Below, piece after piece: positions 27,801-53,058 of a DNA stretch of 64,000 nucleotides; the first letter of the stretch is position 1, and each line of letters starts with the position of its first letter. A model generated the notes under the pieces. That model had not been told where the DNA came from and searched no databases. It saw only the letters and a program-made list of their open reading frames with translations. The translations under genes and the position numbers were made by a program. Origin of the DNA: Hypanus sabinus (taxonomy: Eukaryota); the NCBI RefSeq assembly GCF_030144855.1, contig NC_082714.1, positions 56,296,001-56,360,000 on the forward strand. Direction: 5' to 3'.

Positions 27801-30624
27801 AACAGATAAAGTTGGGTACAGTAAGTACAAGCACTTTGCAGGAAAGAGATGGTTACTTAAATTTAAAAGCAAGCTTTACTACATTTTAATAAAGTAAAAC
27901 TGACTCTGAAAGAAGAATCCATAATTTTTGCATCTGAAGCCCTGATGATTTGAGAGCAGACGAAGATTGGTATTAAAAACAAATCAGTAAACCAAGAAGG
28001 AAAGTGGAGTGTTTGCTGCTCTTGTTTCAAAACTCAGATGTACCCCTTTGGTACAATTTAACTCTGGACTAGCAGCCTTTAATTTGATTTACTTTGTTTG
28101 GAATTTCAATGAGTGAGAGGACCTGCTGACTGCTTGGCTTCTTGTTTAAGTAGCTTCTTGGTGAAATTACAAGTGCTGGGATTTTACAATATAAGGAGTG
28201 CTATCAGCAAGGACAGAAAGTAATGTCAATTAAAGTTTTTAATGAAGAATTAACCCCTGCATGTCCTCTCCCCAGTCACCTCTTCTCAAAGAAAAATCAG
28301 TTCTGTCCTGCTGAGTTCCTCCAGCATTTTCTGTGCTGCTCAATCCTCTGCATTCTTTTTTAATATTTTCAGTTTTATTTTATCTCTGCCATTACATTAC
28401 TCCCCTAGATCATTATGATCAAAGACAGCTATGCAATGTTTATGAATCTGATCAACTATGCATAGATTTAAGGATTATAATCTAGAGAGTTGTCTCTTAG
28501 TAAATAGAAAGGACAACAATTAAATCATGAATGCTGTTTCTAAGCTAGTAAATCTGTAAAGCTAAAGTTGACTGCTCCCTTCTGTAACAGATATTTAGTA
28601 ATAATTGTTTTGTTTCTAAAATTTAGGGAGTATTGTTCATTATTCTCAGTCATCGATACATTGGAACCTGCGAAGAATTGGTTGGGGGACAAGTCTGTGT
28701 TTTGAGAACGGTTGCCGTTAATCCCATGAATGGGAAAAGTAGACCAGTCATGTCATATACAATCCCTGTGGAATGCAGTGGGAGGTAAGGTTCGTCTGTA
28801 CAAAATGTACGTTAATACTTTCTGATATTTAAAAAAAGCTTTTTGATGCTCAGTATATCTATGAGTGAAATGTGGATTGGTGACTTTCAAACACAATATT
28901 AAAATTAGGCTCTGTGTTAAATGCATACATCGCAGCTTTTTCAGGACAATTTCTCTGTAAATTGTATTTTCTCATCAATTTTGTGGATTAAAATTGTTTA
29001 CTGTGAAGTTAGCTTCTCCAGATGTATGGTTGGCTTCCTTGTGCAGTCAGCTGTCTCTGTTTCTCTCTTCATCAGTTGTATTCTCTCCCTGGAGTATTGT
29101 TAATCCAGTCTCAGAATCAGTTTTTTTAATTGACGATTTGTGTCTTTAACAAACTCGTGTATTTTTCACAATGTGGTGTTTTGCCTCAACCTACTGGCAG
29201 AAGGTGGTATAGCAGTTACATATACCTTTTGCATTTTTCATTGGCTGAATATTAACACAAACCAACGTGATGCAATTGTGCAACTGTTAATTTGTTTATC
29301 TCTACCTGAGGAATTTCTGTTACCTTGAGTATAAAGGTAATAGATTTTTCAAAGGCTTTATCTTTTCATTGAATGTATTGAATCTCTTTAATCTCTGCTT
29401 TGCTCCTCAGTTCCTCACTTAGTTTCAAATGCTTTATCCTTTGTCTGAACTTCACTTGTTGATTGTTATGAATCAACGTTTCTCACTCATTCCTGAACTC
29501 CTAAAAGAACCCACTTGATTTTCACTGTTGTCAGGGGAATACCAATTCTGACTGGTGAAACCACCCTGAGTCCTAGTGCTTGATCATGATTTCCTTGGTC
29601 TAGGCAATATCCCGAGAACAGAGGGCAAGGGAAGGGTCCCCCAATAAATAGGTGTTCCTCAAGCATAGGGAGACATACAAACTCTAATCTTTTATTCTCA
29701 CGCCACTAACTCAGCAATAGGAGTTCTACAAGTGTTGAGAGACCCACAGAGACATAAACATTTTGGTCTTTTGTTCTCATGCCATTGGTGCCAGGGCCAG
29801 GAAAGAACCCAGCCACTATCTGCAAAGATTAGACATTAACGAACGAACAGTGTTTAACTTAAACAGACACCTTACATGCTGCAAGCTCACAAAGAGTTGA
29901 AGTGTCACTTGGAACTGTTCCGACTTTCATCCGAGCTTTACAAAATTTAATACAACACAACCATTTGCCTTTCTCATTGTTTCCTGTACCAGTGATTTGT
30001 ACGTAAGAACCCTTGGGGGTTCTATGCCAATGCCTTTCAAGCTTTCACATTACTTTCTATATATCATGTTCTTGTGAATCAGGTAAATGTGATTGGCAGA
30101 AGGACCACAATCAATATGAGGGGGAAAACTTAAGTTTATGCAATGAATAGTTTGTGTTTGGAATACATTGCCAGTGTTAACAGTGCAGGAAAATTCACTT
30201 GTAGAAATCGAAAAGGTCCCAGATAAGCATCTGAAATTAAAGAATTTGCAGGGAATGAAACCACCTGAATTGAACTTGTGTAGAGCTGTGTTAAAGATAA
30301 TGGCCTCCTGAACTGCAGCCCTTCCGTGGATCAAGTTATTCTTTCTAATTGGGTCAATGACACATTTACAGGAAGGTTGTTTTCCTCATTTTGCTCATTG
30401 ACCATATTTCTTTAATCAGGTATGTTGATGGAGGTGTGAAGGGCCAGTCCATTGCTGCAATTGTAACTCCCGGAACGCTGGTACTTTGGGACATACTGTC
30501 TGGCCACATCTCAGCCATTCATGAACCCAGTGGGGACTGGTCACTATTTCACTGGGCAGAGGAGGACTCGTGTCTCCTGGCCAAAAAGAACGATAGCACC
30601 GTGTATGTATACAAATGCTCATGA
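3758..30624 (+). CDS. PALB2: Partner and localizer of BRCA2, full gene, 14 coding exons, about 1282 aa
   Basis: Exons: 3758-3805, 3884-3943, 12749-12848, 13307-15043, 16688-16981, 17645-18189, 18712-18801, 20761-20922, 21994-22079, 22715-22873, 23686-23802, 24592-24679, 28627-28784, 30420-30624. Phases are compatible and total 3849 nt. Coiled coil, ChAM, MRG15-binding FxLP and WD40 motifs are all present. Confidence 0.95.
3884..3943 (+). CDS. PALB2: PALB2 exon 2 (BRCA1-binding coiled coil)
   Basis: LRERLALLKKEYAKTVYKLQ vs human [20 protein letters not shown]; 60 nt; acceptor ttttcactccag; donor GCAAGT. Confidence 0.93.
4062..4600 (-). mobile_element. Rex1/Babar-like LINE 3' fragment
   Basis: Minus-strand remnant FGMSSKTLTNFYRRVV...LTGCI and LLPSGRRY-like region. 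Confidence 0.6.
4950..5380 (+). mobile_element. Penelope-like fragment
   Basis: Reverse-complement homology to 930-1280, including the GIY-YIG region. Confidence 0.7.
5730..6450 (+). mobile_element. Old CR1 LINE RT fragment
   Basis: Decayed DFKKAF and KFADNTKL RT motifs. Confidence 0.6.
6835..10993 (+). mobile_element. Ty3/Gypsy LTR retrotransposon, near full length but inactivated, in PALB2 intron 2
   Basis: 256-bp LTRs 6835-7090 and 10738-10993 (TGT...ACA); 4-bp TSD AGGT; PBS TGGTGACCCCGACG complementary to the tRNA-Trp 3' end; G-run PPT; gag, RT (SPWASPLHMV, LDDIL), RNase H and integrase (HVDIVGP, SDRGAQF, HPQSNG) with frameshifts and stops. Confidence 0.96.
11130..11940 (-). mobile_element. 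CR1 LINE ORF2 fragment
   Basis: EMAEKLNKYFVSDFT...LKVDKSPGPDRLHPR. Confidence 0.8.
12749..12848 (+). CDS. PALB2: PALB2 exon 3
   Basis: CAEKAERIQNHVKKNIVYQNQ vs human RAQRAEKIKHSIKKTVEEQ; acceptor tttag, donor gtaggt, phase 1. Confidence 0.88.
13307..15043 (+). CDS. PALB2: PALB2 exon 4 (large exon with ChAM)
   Basis: Long ORF 13327-15075 containing [39 protein letters not shown] (chromatin association motif); phase-1 acceptor ttctttttaag at 13306; donor GTGAGC at 15044. Confidence 0.92.
15490..16060 (+). mobile_element. CR1 LINE 3' fragment
   Basis: Decayed CVQFWSS...VQRRFIRM and CR1-type 3' tail. Confidence 0.75.
16688..16981 (+). CDS. PALB2: PALB2 exon 5 (MRG15-binding region)
   Basis: QDFDLPEEDYGQLKEKLR resembles human DFQLPDEDFGPLKLEK; acceptor caatag, donor gtaaga. 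Confidence 0.88.
17645..18189 (+). CDS. PALB2: PALB2 exon 6
   Basis: Contains SPAFPSLGFTP (human PAFPILGTTP); phase-1 acceptor, phase-0 donor gtaact. Confidence 0.85.
18712..18801 (+). CDS. PALB2: PALB2 exon 7 (start of WD40)
   Basis: Ends LQLISKIQ (human LQLVSELK); AG/GT boundaries. Confidence 0.82.
20761..20922 (+). CDS. PALB2: PALB2 exon 8 (WD40)
   Basis: NPSTSCIIDLCTVCW...CIACACETAVLLW...WTFDE; 162 nt as in human. Confidence 0.93.
21994..22079 (+). CDS. PALB2: PALB2 exon 9 (WD40)
   Basis: VPIIELIPVPDAVNILCVAFGSLEIREV; 86 nt as in human. Confidence 0.95.
22715..22873 (+). CDS. PALB2: PALB2 exon 10 (WD40)
   Basis: LLQAGDINAVLGLPGRRLVCSYGTLQSQSIEV vs human [32 protein letters not shown]. 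Confidence 0.93.
23686..23802 (+). CDS. PALB2: PALB2 exon 11 (WD40)
   Basis: LVPPNEMVLAFSKVEGQSEALIGSTIMSNIIIW; 117 nt as in human. Confidence 0.94.
24592..24679 (+). CDS. PALB2: PALB2 exon 12 (WD40)
   Basis: [29 protein letters not shown]; 88 nt as in human. Confidence 0.95.
25200..27245 (+). mobile_element. Fragmented Rex1/Babar-like LINE with nested insertions
   Basis: TVDSILTGCIAVWY...RCLQKAASIIKDP; nested opposite-strand Rex1 3' end at ~26190-26600 (HPSYNLFSLLPSGKRLRSIRALTARLCNSFFPQAIRLLN). Confidence 0.7.
26603..26820 (+). mobile_element. tRNA-derived SINE with RTE-type tail
   Basis: A-box-like GTGTAGTGG, B-box-like GAGTTTGAATC, 3' end CATAGGGTCGCCATGAGT...ACTCGACAGCACT(CAA)n. Confidence 0.6.
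27245..27690 (-). mobile_element. Penelope-like fragment
   Basis: Homologous to 640-1015. Confidence 0.7.
28627..28784 (+). CDS. PALB2: PALB2 exon 13 (WD40)
   Basis: GVLFIILSH...AVNPMNGKSRPVMSYTIP; AG/GT boundaries, phase 2. Confidence 0.92.
29526..30049 (-). mobile_element. Putative solo LTR, family unknown
   Basis: Minus strand reads TGTGAAAG...CCTGACAACA; AATAAA on minus near 29690; flanks TCAC/TTAC (4-bp TSD with one mismatch). Confidence 0.5.
30420..30624 (+). CDS. PALB2: PALB2 last coding exon
   Basis: YVDGGVKGQSIAAIVTPGTLVLWDILSG...WSLFHW...LLAKKNDSTVYVYKCS*, homologous to the human C-terminus. Confidence 0.94.
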
Positions 30625-31292
30625 AGCAGAACAGGATGAATATTTTGCTGGCTCAAGATTATATAGTGTAAACTGGGTTATAATTTCTGTATCTGAAAGC
30701 TGTGTATATTCTTTTTTTGAATGAAAAGCACCAAAGTTCTGCAGGACAAATAGACTTCAATGTGAACTAAGTGCCGTGTAGTTTATGTGCACAATGTAAT
30801 GTTTTTCCATGATTTGCTGAGTTCTGTACAGTGCCATTTTGCTACGGGGTGTGCTGTAAATTGCTGAGATTATTTCTGTAAAAATGTCAGCACACTTCAG
30901 TGCATAACTATTTAATAGTTATGTTTAGATACAAAGATTTGTTTTGTGTTTAACTGCTGTAGTTAAACTGTTCCTTTCCAAATGCACTTGTCGGATAGTC
31001 CTGAGTGAGCACTGTAAATAGTTTTGACAGGTGGTAAACGAGCAGGTTATATTTTCCTCTAGTTCACTGTTGATAGATGTAAAGGTGGAAAATCTGAGTT
31101 GTATTCCTATCCAGCAACAGTAAAGCCAGCCTCATTTTATTTTCATGTGGCTGCTTTGGCTTGTTGCCTGTCCCATTAATAGAGGTTGAACTTTGAAAAG
31201 CAAGCACATGTCACTTGTTTCCAAACCTGGAGTAACTGTACTTATTTAAGTATAAGACAAATAAGAGATTATAATGCTGCAAATCTGTATTT

Positions 31293-31364
31293 AATAAATA
31301 AAGCCTATCAGTTTCTATTATGCACTTTATAAATATTGAATAAAAACCATCATTGGCCAATAAA
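31293..31364 (+). terminator. Candidate PALB2 polyadenylation signals
   Basis: AATAAA at 31293, 31339 and 31359, about 0.7 kb after the stop. Confidence 0.55.
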
Positions 31365-34300
31365 GTGGGGATCACATGCAGAAATTAGGTTCTTAATACC
31401 ATTTAGCTTGCGATAGTTTGGAGCCATTCTTTCTGTACATATTGGAACATTTTAACCTAATCCTTCTGTAACTTCTCATAATTATTTGGGTTTTCTGAAT
31501 TATTTGACTACAGTTTACAAAGATCTACTCACGTTTTCAGTTGGATGTACAGCACAGGATGTCTTTGGTTAAATCAAAACTTTATAATTGTATAGCCTCC
31601 ATACACCATGTTCCACCAGAATGCTGGGTAGAGTGGCTGAAAAGCTGCCATGTTGCTCCGAGTGAGGGGAACTTAACTGACTGTAGAGATTCCATTTGGA
31701 GACAGCACATCAAGGTAGCAAGGACCATCGGAAAACCTACTCAAATGTGGGGAATTGAAGGACAAGCCATGTAACCATGGCAACCGCAACCATGGTTGTC
31801 ATGGCAACCATGGCAAGTGCAATATTCCACAGAGATCTAGGGCTGCTAACCCAAAGCAAGATAACCCAGTAAGATCAATTACTGAAACAAATTTGCAAAT
31901 CATTGTGAATGAACGGAGGATTACCTGGGAGTTTTGATGAGTCAGTGCAGGTTCCAAACACTAAATGACACCTCCAAGAGGAAGTGGAGTGGCAAAATAC
32001 CGAAGTTAATCAGACACTGAACTGTTGCAAGAGAAATTAATCATTGGATTATTTCTGGTAAAAGGGTTCTGGGCTGCTGGGCTATGGCATTTTTGGTAGC
32101 AATGTTGCCTCTGAGTTAGAGATGCAATGGTACTTCAGAAAATTAAGCACATAAGTATAGGGTAATATTGTAGAGCATTACTGAAGGAGCACTGCCTTTC
32201 AGTCTGCTGTTAAACTGAGATTTATTTCCATATACAACTCTGATTTGAAGAACAGGATTTTTTTTTTGCAGTATTTGGATGATTATCCTACAAGCAACAT
32301 TGCTAAAATGTTTCTGGTTATAATTATATTCTTGTTTGTGATTAGTAGCTTACTGTATTTCCTATATAACATCAATGACTGCATTTCTGCAGCACTCGTC
32401 TGGCAAGTGCTTTTAAATTGTTGAGGCTGTAATAGGCACTAGATTGATATAAGTATTTCTTTGCTGTTCTCTTAGCTTGATGACTGGATTTGCTGTTTGT
32501 TTAGCAGAGATAAAACTTTCTATGGTTGATAATGAAATAAAAAGGGAAAACATCAAAATACAAAGGATAAAATGAATTGTAAAAGAAATTGTAATAAAAG
32601 ACAAGATCCAATATTATCTGAAATATAAAAAGGAAATTGCATGAGCTAATAATCTTAAAAGCAATAGTTAAAATGTCTATGTAAAGAAAAATATTTTGTG
32701 TTCAATTTTAGAAATTTTTTTTCCCTTTAACTTTTTATTGCATATCTTTCAATTACCAAAATGTGATTTATGGCATAAAATACTCACAACACCAGACAGC
32801 AATTTCAAAGAACACTGTCCTTTATATAAGCTGGATCTTTAGAAGGACTTTCTATTCTGATCAGGTTATTTTTGGACATAGACATAGAAAACCTACAGCA
32901 CAATACAGGCCCTTCGGCCCACAAAGTTGTGTCGAATGTGTCCCTACCTCAGAAATTACTAGGCTTACCTACAGGCCTCGATTTTACTAAGTTCCATGTA
33001 CCTATCTAAAAGCCTCTTAAAAGACCCTATCGTATCCACCTCTGCCATTGTTGCCGGCAGCCCATTCCACGTACTCACCACTCTCTGAGTAAAAAACTTA
33101 CCCCAGACATCTCTGTACCTACTCCCCAGCACCTTAAACCTGTGCCCTCTTGTGGCAACCATTTCAGCCCTGGGAAAAAAAAGCCTCTGACTGTCCACAT
33201 GATCAATTCCTCTCATCATCTTGTACACCTCTATCAGGTCACCTCTCGTCGTCCGTTGCTCCACAGAGAAAAGGCCAAGTGCACTCAACCTATGCTCCCA
33301 AATCCAGGCAACATCCTTGTAAATCTCCTCTGCACCCTTTCAATGGCTTCCACATCCTTCTTGTAGCGAGGCGACCAGAACTGAACACAGTAATCCAAGT
33401 GAGGTCTGACCAGGGTCCTATATAACTGCAACATTACCTCTCAGCTCCTAAATTCAATTCCACGATTGATGAAGGCAAATACACTATATGCCTTCTGAAC
33501 CACAGAGTCAACCTGCTCAGCTGCTTTGAGCGTCCTATGGACTTGGACCCCAAGATCCTTCTGATCCTCCACACTGTAAAGAGTCTTACCATTAATACTG
33601 TACTCTGCCATCATATTTGACCTACCAAAATGAACCACTTCACACTTATCTGGGTTGAACTCTATCTGCCACTTCTCAGCCCAGTTTTGCATCCTACCAA
33701 TGTCCCGCTATAACCTCTGACAGCCCTGCACACTATCCACAACACCTCCAACCTTTGTGTCACCAGCAAACTTACTAACCCATCCCTCCATTTCCTCATC
33801 CAGGCCATTTATAAAATCATGAAGAGTAAGGGTCCCTGAGACATTCCACTGGTGACCGACTTCCATGCAGAATATGACCCGTCTACAACCACTCTTTGCT
33901 TCTGTGGCACGCCAGGTCTGGTTCCACAAAGCAATGTCTCCTTGGATCCCATGCCACCTTACTTTCTCAATAAGCCTTGCATGGGGTACCTTATCAAATG
34001 CCTTGCTAAAATCCATGTACACTACATCTACTGCTCTTCCTTCATCAATGTGTTTAGTCACATCCTCCAAAAATTCTATCAGGCTCGTAAGGCATAACCT
34101 GCCCTTGACAAAGCCATGCTGACTACTCCTAATCATATTATACCTCTCCAAATGTTCATAAATCCTGCCTCTCAGGATTTTCTCCATCAACTCTGAGGTA
34201 AGAGTCACTGGTCTATAATTTCCTGGGCTATCTCTCCCTTTCTCAATAAAGGAACAACATCCACAATCCTCCAGAACCTCTCCTGTCCCCACTGATGATG

Positions 34301-35243
34301 CAAAGATCATCGCCAGAGGCTCAGCAATCTCCTCCCTCGCCTCTCACAGTAGCCTGGGGTACATTTCATCCGGTCCTGGCGACTTAACCAATTTGATTCT
34401 TTCCAAAAACTCCAGCACATCCTCTTTCTTAATATCTACATGCTCAAACTTTTCAGTCTACTGCAAGTCATCACTACTATCACCGAGATCCTTTTCCGTA
34501 GTGAATACTGAAGTAAAGTATTCATTAAGTACCTCTGCTATTTCCTCCGGTTCTATACGCACTTTCCCACTGTTACACTTGATAGGTCCTATTCTTTCAC
34601 GTCTTATCCTCTTGCTCTTCACATACTTGTAGAATGCCTTGAGGTTTTCCTTAATTCTGCCCACCAAGGCCTTCTCATGGTCCCTTCTTGCTCTCCTAAT
34701 TTCCTTCTTAAGTTCCTTCCTAGTAACCTTATAATCTTATAGATCTCTAACATTACCTAGCTCTCTGAACCTTTAGTAAGCTTTTCTTTTATTCTTGACT
34801 AGATTTATTACAGCCTTTGTACACCATGGTTCCTGTATCCTACCATAACTTCCCTTTCTCATCGGAACGTACCTATACAGAACTCTACACAAATATCCCC
34901 TGAATGTTTGCTACATTTCTTCTGTACTTTTCCCTGAGAACATCTTCCAATTAAGCCTCCAATTTCCTGCCTGATAGCCTCATAATTCCCCTTACTCCAA
35001 TTAAACTCTTTTCTAACTTGTCTGTTCCTATCTCTCTCCAATGCTATTGTAAAGGAGATAGAATTATGATCACTATCTCCAAAATGCTCTCCCACTGAGA
35101 GATCTGACACCTGACCAGGTTCATTTTCCAATACCAAATCAAGTACAGCCTCTCCGCTTGTGGGCTTATCTACATACTGTGTCAAGAAACCTTCTTGAAC
35201 ACATCTAACAAACTCTACCCCATCTAAACCCCTCGCTCTAGGG

Positions 35244-36593
35244 CAGGGGTCAGCAACCTTTACCACTGAAAGAGCCACTTGGACCCGTTTCCCACAGAAA
35301 AGAAAACACTGGGAGCCGCAAAACCCGTTTGACATTTAAAATGAAATAACACTGCATACAACGTTTTGTTTTGCCTTTATGCTATGTAGAAACAAACTAT
35401 AATGTGTTGCATTTATGAAATTGATGAACTCCTGCAGAGAAAACGAAATTACATTTCTGCATGCAACAAAAACATTTTGAACTCCGAAAAAAAGACGTTG
35501 GGTTGAAGGTTACTTTTAAGTAAAATACTCAACGTCTATTTGAGTCCTTCTTGTATTTATGAAAAACGCCAAACTTAAATTTGCCGCCAGCAGCAAACCA
35601 AAAATAATGTCAGCCAGCTGTCAACCTGAAAAATAAAAGGACTATTTCACTGAACAATGAAAACATATGAATATACGTAAAATAATAGGCAATTAAAGTA
35701 TTTATCATACTTGGTCAGGTTGACTCACACCTGACAATGCAGTCGTATTCAGTAGGGATGGATCGATGCTTAGGGGAGTGACCGGGAAGGATAATGTGTT
35801 TTTTTCCTCTCTGAACTCACAGAAGCGTTTCCCAAACGATGTTTGCATTGCGATGATTGCAGAATGTAAATACTCCGAATTTATCATGTCGTGACCTCGT
35901 TTGAACTCTCTCAAATTGGGGAAGTGAGACAATGTGCCTTTCTGTAAATCTCTGGCAAGCACTGTCAACTTGCGCTCGAATGCCAAAACATCCTCCAACA
36001 TGTGCAGGGCTGTACGTCCTTTCCCCTGAAGAGCTGTGTTCAGCGTGTTCAGATGCGCTGTCATGTCTACCATGAAGTGTAGCTTTTCCAGCCACTCTGG
36101 CTGTTCCAGCTCAGGAAAGTTGAGCCCTTTGCTGCCCAGGAAAGTTTTCACTTCTTCCAGACACGCGACAAAGCGTTTCAGCACCTCCCCTCTGGACAGC
36201 CAGCGATAAAAACACGTTGTAGCGGTGTGCAACACGCAGTCAGTAAACTGCAGTCAAAGATAGCTTTATTCGAACTAAACAGCCTTGCTTTTAAGCCTCC
36301 CTCAACCCGCCCCCCCATGGGCGCGGATGCTGCAAAAGACACGTACTCACAAACCCCCGTAGGCTATCTCCCTTAGCCTGAACGCTGGCTAATTGTGAGC
36401 CGGTTCCAATGTCGCCACAACGTCTTATTTAGATTGTACAAGATCACCATAATCTTCAAATTTAGAATTACATTTCAAAAAATAACAAACTAACATAAAA
36501 TACTGACCAATTATTTCCCAAAGCAACAGGGAGCCGCAGCACAGACGTAAAAGAGCCACATGTGGCTCCGGAGCAGCGGGTTGCCGACCCCCG
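35244..36593 (-). mobile_element. Internally deleted hAT (Charlie-like) DNA transposon
   Basis: 15-bp imperfect TIRs CAGGGGTCAGCAACC / CGGGGGTCGGCAACC; 8-bp TSD CTCTAGGG (35236-43, 36594-601); transposase fragment RWLSRGEVLKRF...HLNTLNTALQG (GTF2IRD2-like). Confidence 0.92.
36218..36419 (-). mobile_element. Gypsy solo LTR inside the hAT element
   Basis: Ends match the reverse complement of the 6835-7090 LTR (TGTAGCGGTGTGC...GTCGCCACA); 4-bp TSD ACGT. Confidence 0.9.
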
Positions 36594-38089
36594 CTCTAGG
36601 GAGATGTCAATCGATATTTGGGAAATTAAAACCTCCCATCATGACAACTCTGTTGAATTAATTTCAAATACATTTATCATCATATGTAGTGTGAATACGT
36701 TCAGTTGACATAAAGCACCCTTGCAGACTTTGAAAGATTGGTATTTCCCCTGGCCAAGGGGTACAGATCTAAAGGGGAGCATCAACATTCTCTAAGTCAG
36801 GGAGAAACCCATTCAGAAATGAAATGAGAAGGAACTTCCTCAGTCAGAGGATGTTGAATTTCTGGAATTCTTTCCAACATTCATTATAGCATCAATATAT
36901 TGTTTTTACAGGTTGTCGGTACCTCTCGTGTTAAAGAAATTTTTGAACATGGTCCAGTGCTGACAGGGCTCTGAACTGTGGGTTTGTCTAAATAGTGCGT
37001 TTGCAATAGCTGCATGGAGCTTCAATGTGTCCCTTAACATATACCGTACACCTGGGATGTCCCAGTCAGTAAACGTTCACTTGTCGATATCTCCTTACAT
37101 TGGAGGACCAGTATGTTTTGAACAGCTGAAAGTGCTTCTTTAACTAAATCCAGCGCAGGCCCCTGGAACAGTATGTGGAGCATAGAATCCTCTGTGTGTA
37201 GCTACTGAATTAGGTCTTTTAAGAGACTCAGAAAAATGTGGTTGGGAAATTCTAGGCAGTTTCTCGAGGAGATTACATTGTGGGCCGAAGGGCCAGTAAC
37301 ATGCTGTGGATGTCTATGTTCTATGACATCAGGGCAAATGTTGACAAGGATCATTGCATCCTTTACCAGACCTCCTTTGGCAAATGTGGAAGTTTGATCT
37401 GCATGGCAGCAGAGAAACAAGCTTTTTGGTTCACTGAGCACCTGTTTGCACTAAACTTACTCCAATTCCATTTTATTTTCCTTGCATTCTCAACACTGCT
37501 CTGATTTTATCCCTCATCTACACACTCGGGCCGGTTTACAACGATCAATCGGTCTATCAGCTTGCACCATCTTTAAGACGATAGGAAACCAGAGTATGTG
37601 AAGGGAACGCATGCAGTGACGATACAACATCCACTCCGGATGCGCTGGTGGTCAGCACTGAACCTGCCACTCTGGAGCTGTTAGACTGCAGCTTTCACCA
37701 ACTGAAAAGGCACTAAAGGAAATCAGCAGGTCGGGCAGAATCTGAGGAGGGAAATGGACAGTTGACATCAAGCACCTTTACAGACCTTGAAGGATAGACA
37801 CTTCTCCTGGTAAAGGAGTTCCGAGCTTGGGGGAGGGTCCAAATTCTCTAAACCAGGGGAAAGCCCATTTAGAACTGAAGTGTGAAGGAATTTCTTTAAT
37901 CAGAGGATGCTGACTCTGGAATTCAGCACTGGCCGTCATTAACGGCACTGATCAGTTTCTGTAAGTTAGGTATCAGGGCAGATGAACATAAGTAATACTG
38001 ATCAGTGCTGAATACTGAATAGAGCGCGTGCTCCTGCTGCAGTCTAGTCGGCATCGCTCAGCTGCGCCGCCTACTGTGGGAACGGGGCA

Positions 38090-38164
38090 GCGCAGCCCCG
38101 CGTGCGCATGCGCGTCTTTTTTTTTAAACCAAGCGCCGCGGTGCACGCCGGAATTCCGACCAAG

Positions 38165-38170
<6 letters not shown>
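38090..38170 (+). promoter_or_regulatory. NDUFAB1 CpG-island promoter with NRF-1 and YY1 motifs
   Basis: TGCGCATGCGC (38103-38113, NRF-1 consensus), CCGGAA (ETS/GABP-like) and CAAGATGGCG (YY1) overlapping the ATG. Confidence 0.7.

Positions 38171-53058
<14,888 letters not shown>

Larger units (their letters stand above)
32875..36655 (-). mobile_element. CR1 LINE (5'-truncated ORF2), interrupted by a hAT element
   Basis: QHGFVKGRLCLTSL, VYMDFSKAFDKVPH, SKFAGDTK and endonuclease GDSDHNSI motifs; 3' tail at ~32875. Confidence 0.92.

Noticed and set aside
35705-36235. GTF2IRD2-like host gene
   Set aside because: It lies between TIRs with an 8-bp TSD and is truncated at both ends, so it is a transposon fragment.
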